A stretch of 64,000 bases of DNA from Tubulanus polymorphus (Eukaryota > Animalia > Nemertea). Location of the stretch: NCBI RefSeq assembly GCF_964204645.1, contig NC_134032.1, positions 1,358,316 through 1,422,315 of the forward strand, in the 5' to 3' direction. Below, one piece after another: positions 27,541 to 40,962 of the stretch (the stretch's first letter is position 1; each line of letters begins with the position of its first letter). The translations under genes and the position numbers were made by a program. The notes beneath the pieces are model-generated. The model searched no databases, was not told the DNA's origin, and saw only the letters and a list, made by a program, of their open reading frames with translations.

Positions 27541-28977
27541 TCTTAAATTGAGATATAAATTTTTGGGCAAAATACGCAACGCGGCATCTTGCGGTGCCAG
27601 CGTTAACCATCTGTAGGTCGCGATTTGGCGCGTTCTAAATTTGTCGCGGTTCGGGTACGGATCCGTTCGATCGAGTGGCGCACAGCAGCGCGAACGAACG
27701 TCAGGTTCGTCTTCACGCATAAACACAACGCCCGTAATTACGTATCATTAACATACAATGGAAATACATAAGTATAAAAGATGAATTGACGACGTCGATA
27801 CGGAACAGGTGTGACCGACCGTGTAACAGACCCCCATCTCCCTCTCTCTCTCTCAATCCCCTTCCCTGTATTTGTTCAAGTTTTATGATAAAACCTGGCG
27901 TCTTGTTTACAGAAGTGCGTTTCGAGCGGGTTTACGTCGGGAATTATTCCAGTTTTCGAACGATTTCTTTATCGGTTGCGGGTCTCATATTTGAACGTCG
28001 CGCAAATCATGAATATCGTATCAATAATGATTATATATATATATATATATATATGCATAAATACCCGCTCGCTCGCATACTTATGAGTCATACCTATAAT
28101 CGTTATCATTGTTGTCGCTGGGTTTGTTTACGCGCGGAAAAAAACCTTACTGAATTAATCTGAATTTCATTACGAAAATGCTGCTGTCGAACGTTCGATT
28201 TTTTTTTTTTAATTCAGTATTTGATATTTCCTAACTAACGTAGGCGAACAAAAATGTTGGACGAGCATTTTTTTTTTTAGGCCGATTTGGCGTTCTCGGG
28301 CCCGGTGCGACGTTTTCGGTCGCCAAATTTGGCCCGACCGCATAACGTCGCCCCGGGCCCGAGCCAGATATTTCGTAATAAATTTGAGAAATCAAAAATC
28401 CGCAATTACGAATGCAAAGTTCAAATCTCGATATTTCGACTAATTTTCTTTAGTTAATTTTCCGTCAAAATCTTGGTTTTTTTTTTAGTCGAGTTAGCCT
28501 ATAGACAGGTCTTCGGAAATCCAAGTTCAAAGTTTCGTTGATTCCGCGAGCGATTCGGAACTGCGTTTTAAGCGGCGAATTCTCAAAAATAGGCGTTCGT
28601 CGATTTTTGTTAAAAATATCGCGTACGTCGCGAGTTTTATACACACGGTATTAGTCGTTAAAATTCAGGATTACCGCCGCGTACGGATAATCCCGCCCTT
28701 AATCCTTATCCCGTTGACAGCTGCCGCCGCTAGGGCTTCCAGTACACGGAGCTCAATCCCGCTCGCATTGTCAGCTCATTTATGGATTTAGAGACATTAT
28801 TTTTTTATGCATTCGAATGGGCGCCTGGCTCCAGTTTAAAATGTGAAATAGGCGAAACTTGATTTTTGGCGATATTGCAGAAAATAGTATCCACATACAC
28901 GCCCCATGTCCTTTAGATAATACATTACGACATGGCCCTATAGAGAACACAGCTTTAAGCCTAGCGCACATCGACAC

Positions 28978-29295
28978 TGCGATTGGAGACAACTAGTTGC
29001 TACCGAACGATTACCCCGCGCACATCGAAATCTAGTTACAACCGGACAGTTGCAGCAACTGCGTGGCGCGTGTCGATCGTCGAAATCCAGAGCGCGCACA
29101 TCGACGGATATGACTGCGATTGAGTACAACCAGTTGCTCAAAAGTAGAACATGGGCAACTGGCTGGAACTGGAGATAGATCGACGCTTACCAATCGTAAG
29201 CTCGCTCACATCGACACATTCAAGCAACTGATCGTTTCCAGCCAGTTCCTCTCATGCGCAGAAAACTGCCTTGCAACTAGTTGTCTCCAATCGCA
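28978..29295. mobile_element. Inverted-repeat element with GCACATCGA subrepeats
   Basis: Perfect 23-bp IR TGCGATTGGAGACAACTAGTTGC / GCAACTAGTTGTCTCCAATCGCA. Confidence 0.65.
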
Positions 29296-29779
29296 CTGGC
29301 TAGGTCTCACAGGCCGAGTTCAGCTCTACAGACGTTTTCCTCATACGTAGATTTACAAATGATCCGATGATTATTATAATTTTCGCGCGTGAATAAAAGA
29401 AAATCCCGCGCGGAATCTTCTCGTATTCGAATATTGTATAGACGGCAATTTGTTTTGTAAATATGTGAATACGGCGCGCGTTTGAAAAGGTATTAACGGT
29501 CGAGCCGCGATGATCACTCGTCGATTCTTTCGTTAATCTCGGGTTTATCGTTTATTAATTCGAATCGTTGTCGTTTCGGTGTCGCAGATGTTTAAAAGTC
29601 GGTCACGCGTAGAGGAGTCATAGAGGAGTCGTCGGAGTCCCACGTAGAGTCGTACGGGGGATTATCAGTAAATACCGCTCTACACCGACTGCATACTTTC
29701 TACGTGCTACTCTGCAACTGGGTTAAATAGGAAATTAGACCCACTTAACTGTGGATTCACGGTCAAATTAAACATACAT

Positions 29780-30230
29780 GAATAACTGTGGAACTGGATC
29801 TACTGTCAAATTAAACCCCACACAACTATGGAACTGGGTCCAGAGTCAAATTAAACCCCCATCTGACTGTAAAACTGGGTTCAGAGTCAAATTAAACCCC
29901 CATCTGACTGTTAAACTGGGTTCAGAGTCAAATTGGACCCCCATCTGACTGTAAAACTGGGTTTAGAGTCAAATTAAACCCCTATCTGACTGTAGAACTG
30001 GGTTCAGAGTCAAATTAAACCCCATCTGACTGTATAACTGGGTCCAGAGTCAAATTAAACCCCCATCTGACTGTCAAACTGGGTTCAGAGTCATATTAAA
30101 CCCCCATATGACTGTAAAACTGGGTTCAGAGTCAAATTAAACCCCCATCTGACTGTAAAACTGGGTTCAGAGTCAAATTAAACCCCCATCTGACTGTTAA
30201 ACTGGGTTCAGAGTCAAATTAAACCTACAT
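29780..30230. repeat. 41-bp minisatellite
   Basis: Unit CTGGGTTCAGAGTCAAATTAAACCCCCATCTGACTGTAAAA. Confidence 0.9.
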
Positions 30231-30556
30231 TTCTGTGATATTGAATCCAAAGTCGAATTTAACCCACGCTCAGTTCCAGTCCTGCTGGTTGCTTACAGTG
30301 TGCAGACAACACTTCAAAGGCCAATGGAGCGGTCCAATGGAGAGATTGAATGAATAATCCAATCGGGTTAGTTTCGGGAAACCAAGATCCAAATGACATA
30401 AAGCAAAAACAAACAAACAACTGTAAAACTGGGTTCAGAGTGAAATTTAACCCACTCAAGGGTCAAGAGTCGAAGTAAATCCACCTAACTGTGGTTCCAA
30501 AGTCAAATCTCAAAATTCTCGATACTTATTTGCGTTTAATTTGTGAATATTTTCAG

Positions 30557-30784
30557 GTGCAGCCAAGTCCGTTCCAATTCACTGTATCGTCGAACAGATG
30601 TCGTCGCCGGGTAACGCCGACAGCGTCTGCCCGTCCCAGCACGCAGCGGTGACCGGCGCGGCCGCCGCCTCCGTAGAACTCGACAGTTACGCCATTATTC
30701 CGTGTTCGACTTTATTCAACGAAATCGTACGTTCGGCGCTGATGAAACTCGGTTATTCCACCACGGAATCCATGACGGCTAAAG
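30557..30784 (+). CDS. dve: Shared exon: N-terminal part of the COMPASS/ULD (ubiquitin-like) domain
   Basis: Acceptor tttcag, donor AAAG|gtaaat (phase 1 to 1). Translates (G)AAKSVPIHCIVEQ...ELDSYAIIPCSTLFNEIVRSALMKLGYS...AKG, the characteristic Dve/SATB ULD motif. Confidence 0.95.
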
Positions 30785-31890
30785 GTAAATCGATCCCCCT
30801 ATGACATCATCATTCGACTAGCATTTTAGTCGGCTTGCTAAGTCTGAAAAATGACCTGAAGCTGCAAAATTGAGTACAAATGTCCCCTTTTGCACACAAA
30901 TAGATAACATCCACATAATTCATTTAAGATGTGGACACGCACCGGTGCAGCTGTCTTTTGACCCTAATTTGCATAAATCCAAGATGGCCGCCATCGATGC
31001 CCGAATCCAGCATTTTTCCCCATATCATCAATTTCAATCAATATCTATGGAAAATATAAAATTTAAACATTGAAATATATTTCGAAGTATAGATAATAAG
31101 CAATGATGAGCGCAGACCGCTGTTCCAATATTCTATATATCCGATTGTGGAGAAAGTCGAGTCCTGGGATTATATCGAATATAGCAGTTCGGTCAGCATC
31201 TTAACTACGCATTAAAGTGAGGGGGTATAGGGCCTACAAGTTCATCGGAGCAGAATATTACTGGGAATCGCTTTTGAACTATGGGCACCCTCTTGTTGAT
31301 TCCAGGCACTATTTTGTGGGCCCTGCCCTATGTGTTTTAAGGCTAACTCACTAACTAATTGTTGTCTTGCGCCTAACATGGATTTTTAAAGGCGGCCATC
31401 TTTGATTACCGAAATCTCATAGGCCTTGCCCACTCGAGCGGTTTTGACCCAGGCCAAATTTTGCCCGTGCCAGATTCGGCTCGGGCTAATTGTTTACACA
31501 CACTGGACTGGCCCATGGCAGTTTGACGAGGGCTAAATATGGCCTGGCCAAAATGTTGTCGGACAAGACCCGCCTGAATTTTAGCACGGGTCAAATTATC
31601 GCAAAATTGATTCTGTAAGTGACTAACCTCACTTGCCGCAGCAGTGTGTGATGTATATGTGAAACGTGCTCTCCAATTTCAACTCGAGCTTGATTCCGGT
31701 CCCGGTCCCGGTCCTGGTCCCGGCCATTGTGAAGATATTAAGAATAGAAGATATTGATTATCGAGATGATGTTGTATTATCGATGTATTAATGATGTATT
31801 GTCGATGTATTAATGATGTATTATCAATGTAATAATGATGTATTAATGATGTATTATCGATGTATTATCGTTGTGTTCGATGTATTTCAG

Positions 31891-32017
31891 GCGCGATTCA
31901 AGTAAAGAACTGGAAACCGTTGTCGTTCGAACAGATCACCGATAATCCGGAAGCTACAGTTGAAGATATTCTCTCCGATTTAACGACCGTCGCCACTTTA
32001 CGCATACGTATTTATAG
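31891..32017 (+). CDS. dve: Shared exon: C-terminal part of the COMPASS/ULD domain
   Basis: Acceptor tatttcag, donor TATAG|gtacg (phase 1 to 2), 127 nt. (G)AIQVKNWKPLSFEQITDNPEATVEDILSDLTTVATLRIRIY. Missed by the ORF track. Confidence 0.95.
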
Positions 32018-32200
32018 GTACGCTTTTTAATTCATCGTTTCGGGGCTTCGTTCGATTAATCCGAGTACGGATCCGCTGTCCGGAAAGATTTCTGAAATTT
32101 TTTTTAGACGTCCATAGTGTTTTCATTGTAATTTGAAAAAAAATCTTTCTGGCTCAATTTTGGTCTTATTATTTGGCCAAAATAGTTTTCGTTTCTCCCA

Positions 32201-32496
32201 TTAACCCTTTCAGTGCTGACTAATCAATACCCTATAGTGCTGAAGATAATTTTAAAATTCTGAAAAATTCCACCCTAGTGCGTTGAATAACGGTAATACC
32301 ACTAAAGTGCGTCTACACCGCGGCGCGGTGTATCATTAGTTACTAGTATTTCACTATGTTTGACAGGTGCTGCCATCTTTCAAGAGAGATAATTAGTAAT
32401 TACTAAATAAATCAATACACCGCAGTGCAGTGTACTAGCAAAATCAATCACTGATTCGTACACCGCACTGCGGTGTAGACGCACTGAAAGGGTTAA
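32201..32496 (+). mobile_element. piggyBac-like MITE, copy 2
   Basis: Same TIRs, TTAA on both sides. Confidence 0.9.
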
Positions 32497-33239
32497 CATG
32501 AGTTCCCCTTTTTGAATCTGTTTTCGCGGCCCTTCCAAAATTTTATGCGGAAAATACTCGACTATTCAAAAGAATTAATCTTTTAACGCATTCTCTTCTT
32601 TTCTCGCAAATCCGTGCGGTAGTTAAAAGTTTTCGATTTCGTTTTTTTCCTTCCCACCTGAAAAATCCGTACTCGGAATAATTGAAAAAAGGCCGTACAA
32701 AAACAAGGACATATCGACATTTGAAATATTAGCCGAAATTCACTTCAATTTAACGTCATTCTAATGTTTGCCGTTGCTGGAATTTCTTCCAAGTTGATGT
32801 TTTTTTTTGTTTAAATTGTTTCCATAAGGAAAATATTTCTGTTATTTGTATTGAAAGATTTGCTATTAATGTAACGCGTGTGTGTGTCTGTGGCCTGTCC
32901 AGAAATCCAGGACCGAGTGGAACTGGGTTTAATTAAATCCATTGCGTGGATGTGAGTTTAATCCACAGTGGAACTGGGTCATCCAGTTGTAGTAATCTGG
33001 TGTGCTGTGGTAGTTAATGAATAGGCCTATTTAGGTTATTTCCGCGATTTTTTTTGGATTTAAGAAAAATCAGTTTTCCACGCACCTCTGAGATCCATGG
33101 CCTAACTCGGAGACCCTCGGCCCACTGCGTGTACCCTGGAGACCCGTGGCTATCTCGGGAGGTCGATGGCTCCTCGTTCTCTGCTGAGACCCGAGGGCCC
33201 GTCATACAGCCCACAGCGACCTCCTACGCCCCAGTCCCC

Positions 33240-33415
33240 AGGACAGGACACGCCCCTCGGGAACACGTCCGTACCCCTCCAGGACACGCCCCCGTACCCC
33301 TCCAGGACATGCCCCTGTACCCTGTCCAAGACACGCCCCTCCAGGACACGCCTCCAGGACACGCCCCTCCGGAACACGCCCCCGTACCCCTCCAGGACAC
33401 GCCCCTCCGGAACAA
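33240..33415. repeat. GC-rich GGACACGCCCC repeat just upstream of the cassette A acceptor
   Basis: Irregular 15-27-bp units. Confidence 0.8.
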
Positions 33416-33467
33416 GCCGCTGTTTCATCGAAACTTTCGGACATTTTTCGACACGTTGATCTTTCAG

Positions 33468-33579
33468 TGTAGTGGTAAAAACTAACGCAGCCACTGCAGA
33501 CGTTAAAGATAAACTATTACAGTTGTTGTTGACTCAATCGCAGGGTCTACTCTCAAACCTCGGCTGCCCTATCGATAAG
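33468..33579 (+). CDS. dve: Cassette A exon 1: first half of a degenerate CUTL-like domain (Dve type)
   Basis: Acceptor ctttcag, donor AAG|gtaagc (phase 2 to 0). (S)VVVKTNAATADVKDKLLQLLLTQSQGLLSNLGCPIDK resembles the Dve KDKLL..LL.QS..LL...GCP motif. Confidence 0.9.
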
Positions 33580-34313
33580 GTAAGCATTCTTATACTTTAA
33601 ATTCATTTAATATTCCATGGTTAAGGTAAGTTTTCAGGACGCCGTTTTTCGACAGTTTTTGTGAGTTTGAACATTTATCTTATTGAAAATGAACTGAAAT
33701 CAACTCACAACTCACAACACTGCGGAACTGTGTGTCCTGGACCCAGTTCCACAGTTGTGAGTTCGAGTTATCTCTCGGTTAAAGTTAATTCATTTTCAAA
33801 GAGTTGACTCAGAAATGACTCTTACTCAGAACTGTGGAACTGTGAGTCCTGTGTTGTTAGTTTCTGTGTATATTGGGTGGGTGTTCATTAGTGGAATAAC
33901 ACGTGGAATACTTATATTGTTTTATGTATGTAGAGATTTGAGATGTTACATGTACAGTGAACCCCCCGATAAACCAGGTGGTAAGCGAGGGTGGCGGTAA
34001 ATGGGAGGGCGGTATATCGGGGGTCGACTGTATTATCATCATTATCTAAGCTATCAAACCTGATTAAGGTCTTTTTAAATTCCCGATTTGCGTTGATTCC
34101 AGTTCAGTTTAGTAAGCGCAAGTTGTTCAGTTGTCGACGTAGTGATCGTCCCAGTCATAGCTTAAGCTTCTTTAGCCCATGACGTGTCCTACAATTGTGA
34201 TTCTGTTTTTGCTCGTCAGGGGGCGTTGCATATTATAATTGTCTAGCGTGGAGCGATCATCGACCCCCTAGAACTTCGGTCTAATCATCGCGATTCAGTT
34301 GAGTAATTATGAG

Positions 34314-34596
34314 TTAACCCTATCCGTGCTGACTAATAAATACCCTATAGTGCTGAAGATAATTTGAAAATTCTGAAAAATTCCACCCTAGTGTGTTGAA
34401 TAACGGGAATAGCACTATAATGCGTCTACACCGCGGCGCAGTGTATCATTAGTTATTAGCATTTCACTATGTTTGACAGGTGCTGCCATCTTTCAAGAGA
34501 GATAATTACTAAAAACCAATAACATCAATACACCGCAGTGTGGTGTACTAGCAAAATCCAACACCGATTCATACACCGCACTGCGGTGTAGACGCA
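34314..34596 (+). mobile_element. piggyBac-like MITE, copy 3 (damaged ends)
   Basis: Internal sequence near-identical to the other copies; right TIR truncated. Confidence 0.85.
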
Positions 34597-35074
34597 ATTA
34601 AAATGAATCATAACTCACAACATCGGAAATGTGATTATTAGCCGTTCTGTTCGAAGGATCTTCGATGAAAATTCTGAGAAATGTTTATTCGAAAGTTTCT
34701 CGGCGCGGCGACCGATGTATCCATCGCCGAGCTCGTAAATCACCGTGGTAACGAAACAGATAGGATTTCGGTTGTTTGGTCTCGGCCTCGGGGCGTGATC
34801 AGTAGAACATGTCGAGCGAGTAGAGAGGAATGAGAGGAGAGAGGACAGCGATTACGTTAAGCGGCTTGTAAAGCGTGTCGTGCGTCGATGATAATCATAA
34901 TAATTGTTGTTCGCTGCTGCTAAATAGATTCAGATCCTCGGAATAAGAAGGGACCCGGGCCCGGTTTTATAGACCGGTATTACCTTTAACCCGCGGGCTA
35001 ACTCAATTCATTATCAATTGAGTTAGCCCCCGGGTTAGAGGTAATACCAGTCCCAGCCTGACCCCAGCAGTTGA

Positions 35075-35290
35075 ATAGTTACTGGACCAAGTTCAGCAGT
35101 TAAACAGTTACTGGACCAAGTTCACAGTTTCTGAATCCAAGTTTCATAGTTACTGGACAAAGTTCCACAGTTACTGGACAAAGTTCCACACTGACTGGAC
35201 AAAGTTCCACAGTTACTGGACAAAGTTCCCCATTTACTGGACAAAGTTCCACAGTTACTGGACCAAATTTGGCAATAGCTGGACCCATTT
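35075..35290. repeat. 21-bp minisatellite
   Basis: Unit AGTTACTGGACAAAGTTCCAC. Confidence 0.9.
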
Positions 35291-36194
35291 ATACAATAAC
35301 TAACGGATACCAGTAACTGTTAAACTTTTTTGTGGAACTTAGTTTTTCATAGGTCACATTTGTCAGTAAGGTTTGATGCTTAGGAGTTCGAATCAATCCA
35401 TTCGTTTAATCCTCGAGTCTAATTCAAGCGACGACCGGGAGACCGACCGGGTTTTATCGTCCGTGAAACTTTCAACTTGTCCTCGGTTTCGTTTTTTACC
35501 GCCGCCATTAGAGGGCGTGGTTCGTCGTCGTCGTTATCGCGAGGATGAAAGATAATCCCGTTATAAAACGCGTCGTCGACGCAGATGTTTTTCGCTATAG
35601 TAACGTTTTACGACAATGGAAACCGGTTTTTGATCGCATTTGAAAAGATTTGCGGCTATAAGCCTCGAGCGTAGCGCGAGCGCCGACCGACACCGATAAT
35701 ACTCGACTGAACAATGCACCGTTTGAAAAAAAAAAAGAAGAATACTCTCCATAAAGTGAAATCGTCATCTATTTATTTGTTGTACGCGATAAATATTTGT
35801 GCTGGATTAAATTAATCGTATTAAGGGATATAGAATACAGATTGAAACTAGCGGCGCGTAGGTGATGATGTAGATTACGTCTTAAGCACTTGGCGTGAGT
35901 GGCGGGATGTAGGGAGCAGGGAGGAGGGAGGGAGGGGGCTCAGCTGCGCGTCAATCCGACGAATCAAATCGCTAAATTGTATTTCTCATGACGAGATCGA
36001 TGCGTAAGTTTTTGCGCGACGGTCGGTAATCCGCCCGCGCCGGATTATAGCTGGTACCGCCGCGCGATCGCGGCCCGCGGGCGCGCGCGCATCTGATCCG
36101 GCCCGCGGGCGTCGTGTTACCGAACCAGCGATCTAGTTGTTAAGTGAGATTTGTGATTTAGCTCAAGGGTGACATGTGTAAACGATGTTCGACC

Positions 36195-36770
36195 GAATAA
36201 ACCGTACGTCAGCCGCCGCCGGTTACTCATCTATTGGTTATTACACGCGACTGACACCAGGTGGCGCTACATCGCGACGAATAAACCGTTCGTCAGCCGC
36301 CGCCGGTTACTCATCTATTGGTTATTACACGCGACTGACACCAGGTGGCGCTACATCGCGACGAATAAAGCGTCAGCCGCCGCCGGTTACTCATCTATTG
36401 GTTATTACACCCGACTGACACCAGGTGGCGCTGCATCGCGACGAATAAACCATATGTCAGTCGCCGCCAGTTACTCGACATCTATTCGTTATTACACCCG
36501 ACTGACACCAGGTGGCGCTACATCGCGACGAATAAACCGTTCGTCAGCCGCCGCCGGTTACTCATCTATTGGTTATTACACCCGACTGACACCAGGTGGC
36601 GCTGCATCGCAACGAATAAACCATATGTCAGTCGCCGCCAGTTACTCGACATCTATTCGTTATTACACCCGACTGACACCAGGTGGCGCTACATCGCGAC
36701 GAATAAACCGTTCGTAAGCCGCCGCCAGTTACTCATCTAATTACACCCGACTGACACCAGGTGGCAGTAG
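36195..36770. repeat. About 84-bp minisatellite carrying ACACCAGGTGGCGCT (7 copies)
   Basis: Motif starts near 36256, 36340, 36420, 36507, 36591, 36678 and 36756. Confidence 0.92.
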
Positions 36771-37954
36771 TGCAGTTGTCGTGTAACTGGAGTCATCTCT
36801 ACTCTCTATCCCCATTTAGTATTTGCCATTTAGTTTACTAAGTTTTTCATTTGGATAAAAATGGATTCGAACCCACAATGAAATACGGAAAGCTTTGAAA
36901 CGTCGACTTTTCGGTTTTCAAATTAAAACGATCATCATGGAAATAATGATGTAAATTGCCACGATAATTGAATGACTAAAAGGTGTAAGTCATCAATAGA
37001 ATAAGTCATTGCATCACCGAAATAAGTCGTCGCAATTTCTAGTCAATTTTTTAAACTAAGTCATTATTGGGATAAGTTGTCGGTTTAATGATTGTCCCCA
37101 CTAGGACATCTGTTTACTGCGCGTTGTTCGGAAAAGTCGTCGACTTAATGATTGTCAAAATTACGACGACTTATTTGAGTCGAACCCTGTGAACCTTGAG
37201 TTCCCTGTGGATGATGCGCTGATCACGGCGTCCCAGCAGTAAAAATCAGCATATTTCGAATCCTGAAAGTTTTTGTCCGGAAATGATGCAGGCTTTTCCT
37301 TCATTCTGTGTTAATCACTGTTTCCCCTGTTTCCCGATCAATAATCATCCGATCCATTTTCCGCGTTAGTTTCCTGATTTCCTGATTTCCAGATTGGGCT
37401 TTTTTTTTGCATTTCAAATTTTTTTCATAGTCGAACGCGCTTAATTCCGATCATTTGGGACCGGCAGCAAAATGCATTAGGACGAAGATTATTTCGTCTC
37501 TCCATAATTTTTGAAATCCTGTGAATAAAGAATAAATATCATGCTTTATTTTATCTGAGTTTATCAAGAAATTTGATTTGCCGAATGCTTTTTGAGGATG
37601 AAAGTTATTGAATTTTGATCATGTTGTCCTATTGAAATGATAGCTACCGATGCTACTGATGCTCATTATCAATGAACATGGCTATGAACCATTGAATGCA
37701 ATACCGATGACTCAGCTCTGGGCCCAGTTCCACAGTCATGGCTTAGGCTTAAGACCAATTTAAGACCGTCTTAGTTCTATAACCAATCGAACAAGTTAAG
37801 ACCAATAAAGTTCTTTTCTTGCTGTCAGGATTTGCATAAAAATGGATTGATATCGATACTCAGATTCTAGAGATAATCGTGTTTCATTTATTTGCGCTCC
37901 TATCAATGTCTACCCCCTTGCTTATACTCAATCTAGCTTAACCGGTATTTTTAG

Positions 37955-38380
37955 TTAACCCTTTCAGTGCTGACTAATTAATACCCTATAGTGCTGAAGA
38001 TAATTTGAAAATTTTGAAAAATTCCACCCTAGTGTGTTGAATAACGGGAATACCACTATAGTGCGTCTACACCGCGGTGCAGTGTATCGTTAGTTCCTAA
38101 TATTTCACTATGTTTGACTGGTGCTGCCATTTTTCAAGAGAGATAATTACTATTTACATCAATACACTGCAGTGCGGTGTACTAGCAAAATCCACCACTG
38201 ATTTGTACACCGCACTGCGGTGTATAAATCAGCAATAGATTAAATAGATAAATTATTTCACTGTGTTTGACAGGTGCCGCCATTTTTCAATAGAGATAAT
38301 TACTAATTACATCAATACACCACAGTGCGGTGTACTAGTGAAATCTATCACCGATTCATACACCGCACTGAAAGGGTTAA
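37955..38380 (+). mobile_element. piggyBac-like MITE, copy 4 (internal duplication)
   Basis: Both TIRs and TTAA present; the right-hand part is duplicated. Confidence 0.88.
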
Positions 38381-38461
38381 CCGGTATTTTTATGCGAAAT
38401 AACTAATCGATATTATCGATCGCAGTTCTAACGTTCGCGTTTCATTTTCGTATCGTTTCAG

Positions 38462-40387
38462 GATCTGTTGAATCTGATTAGTCAAGGCGATATATCGAGC
38501 GCGAATATCGACGACGATAAACGTCTGTCGTTTCTGCGCTGGTACAACGAAATGTTGGAGAAAATCAACCACGGAAAACTACGCCATTACAACAACGCCG
38601 AAATCCCGCCGCTGCTTCCCGTATTCCCTAAAAACTCGGTCGTCGTTCCGGCCTCGTCTCCGGAATCGTCGCCGAGCAAAGACGCGGTAGACGGCGCCGC
38701 CAACAACAACAATAAACATTCGTCGTCGCCGGCGATGGCCGCCGTTTCGATCCATAAAACGCGGTTTCGGACTTCGTTCGACCCGGATTTAGAGATACCT
38801 CGATTGCAGCAGTGGTTCCAGCGTAATCAGCACCCGACGCGCGATCAGATGTTGCGGTATCTGCACGAGTTGAACGCGCTGGAGTCGCGTCGCGGTCGCA
38901 AGCCGCTCGACCTCACCAACATCATCTACTGGTTCAAGAACGCGCGCGCCGCTCAACGACGCGCGTGTCGCAATCTGGAGCTGGCGCTCGACGACGGCGC
39001 ACGCCTCGACGACAGAACGTGCCTGGATGACGGCGCGAATCTAGACGACGGCGCACGATTGGACGACGGCACACGCCTGAACGGCGCATCGACGGATGAC
39101 GGCACACGCCGCGCTGACGGCGCACAGCACGAGTTCATCGACGATAATGACAACCTCAGCGTCGAACGTCACAGTCCGATTTCCCTAGTAACGACGCGGC
39201 ATAGTGCGCCACCTGGTGGTCGCGTTATTTGTAACGGCGATTCCGACGCGGAATCTAAATCGGGCGGAGGCGGGGCGCCGGCGACGACCGATTCGACGAT
39301 TCCCGAATTACCGAATAAGAACGCGGTTTACGTCGTGAATCCGCTGATTCCCGATCGAATCGTCGCGAACGGCTGCGACGCCGAGTTCACGACTCGTCGA
39401 GAGGAGGCTCTAGATATGAGTCGACACGGCTCGCCGACTCGCAACGATAAAACACCTCCGCCGGTTAACCGGCTAAACAGGTCGACACCGACGATCAACG
39501 ACGACGATGAAAAGGAGGATGAAAACGGTCGTTATAACGACGATGATGATGATTTCTCGGATCATTCCAACGAAGCGATCGATATGTCGACCGGCGGCGC
39601 TCGCGAGTCGACGTGGGTCGACCGGTCAACTAGTCGACTACTCGACCGATCGAACGGCGACCGGTCGAGCAGCGTCGACTCGTCGACCAGCTCGTTTCCG
39701 CTGGAGACTAAACCGGATTTGAATACGTCGTCGCCGTCGTTATCGTCGCACTCGAGTCCGAGTCGACTGACGAACGGCGCGACGTCCGTGAAGGCGGAGC
39801 CTCCCGACGACGGAGGACACCATCACCGCGACAACGATGCATTTAAAGCGGCGTTCGCGGCGCACGCCCACCTGACGAGCGCCGCCGCGGCCGGTCTGTC
39901 GATGGTGCAGTCGTCGCTCGGCTATCATCACCATCGGTTACACCTACCGCAGAATCATCCTCACCACATGATCGCGCCTTTCTACGGCGTGATGTCTCCT
40001 TCCCTCCTGTCTCATCATCACCATCATCATCATCAACACGGCCATCCTCATCATCACAACAACCAGCCGCAGCAGCAGCAGCAGCAGCACGGTACGGGCG
40101 TAACGACGGCGACCGGTAACAGTAGCGCGTCAGCGGCCGCCGAGGAGCGGCGTAAACGCACGCGCGTTTTCATCGACCCGCTGTCGGAGATCCCGAAGTT
40201 GGAGAAATGGTTCGTGGAGGACACTCACCCGACGGCGTACATGATCGAGAAATACTGCGATGAGTTAAACAAGTCCGAATATCGTCAACGATTTCCGCGT
40301 CTCGAACCGAAAAACGTTCAATTGTGGTTTAAAAATCATCGCGCGAAAGTGAAACGAGCTCGGTTAGAATCGCCGACGGCCGTGTGA
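38462..40387 (+). CDS. dve: Cassette A terminal exon: two atypical K50 homeodomains of Dve/Compass (isoform A = 852 aa from ATG 25840)
   Basis: Acceptor gtttcag, phase 0. HD1 KTRFRTSFDPDLEIPRLQQWF...IIYWFKNARAAQRR (about 38753-38961). HD2 RRKRTRVFIDPLSEIPKLEKWF...VQLWFKNHRAKVKR (about 40148-40357). His and Gln tracts; TGA stop. Exon lengths sum to 2559 nt, a multiple of 3. Confidence 0.96.
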   Translation, partial: DLLNLISQGDISSANIDDDKRLSFLRWYNEMLEKINHGKLRHYNNAEIPPLLPVFPKNSVVVPASSPESSPSKDAVDGAANNNNKHSSSPAMAAVSIHKTRFRTSFDPDLEIPRLQQWFQRNQHPTRDQMLRYLHELNALESRRGRKPLDLTNIIYWFKNARAAQRRACRNLELALDDGARLDDRTCLDDGANLDDGARLDDGTRLNGASTDDGTRRADGAQHEFIDDNDNLSVERHSPISLVTTRHSAPPGGRVICNGDSDAESKSGGGGAPATTDSTIPELPNKNAVYVVNPLIPDRIVANGCDAEFTTRREEALDMSRHGSPTRNDKTPPPVNRLNRSTPTINDDDEKEDENGRYNDDDDDFSDHSNEAIDMSTGGARESTWVDRSTSRLLDRSNGDRSSSVDSSTSSFPLETKPDLNTSSPSLSSHSSPSRLTNGATSVKAEPPDDGGHHHRDNDAFKAAFAAHAHLTSAAAAGLSMVQSSLGYHHHRLHLPQNHPHHMIAPFYGVMSPSLLSHHHHHHHQHGHPHHHNNQPQQQQQQHGTGVTTATGNSSASAAAEERRKRTRVFIDPLSEIPKLEKWFVEDTHPTAYMIEKYCDELNKSEYRQRFPRLEPKNVQLWFKNHRAKVKRARLESPTAV

Positions 40388-40962
40388 CGCGAATCACTGA
40401 TTGAATCACCGACTGAATCACCGACTGAATCACTGATTTTCATGTGATGATTCTCTATTTCCCTATCACTCACATTTCTATTATTGGTCTCAATATTTTT
40501 TCTATTCGTTTCAAATTCCGTTGAACGTTGTTGTTTTCTTTTTCTTCTTTTCGTCGATTTTGAGAAATATTTTTATATCGAGTCTCGAAAATGACGAATT
40601 TTTTGATACATTGCCAAAAAAACACAAGCAATAGTAGTATACCTATCATTCCCCTAGATTTACATGCACATGTCGGTGTGTACACATGCACATGTCGGTG
40701 TGTACACATGTACATGTTAGTGTGTACACATGTACATGTTGGTGTGTAAATGCATTTAAATTTGTGTCGATATACATTCGATGTACGTAGGCCTACATGT
40801 CTGTGTAGTATGTTGATGTACATGTACATGTCATTGTGTTGGTTTGTTGATGTACATGTACATGTCGATGATGTATAACTGTGCTATGATTATCACCAAT
40901 CAATCAATTTTGTCTCGCGTTTTTATTGAACTGAGTTCAACGTGCTATATTTGTCTCATCTA

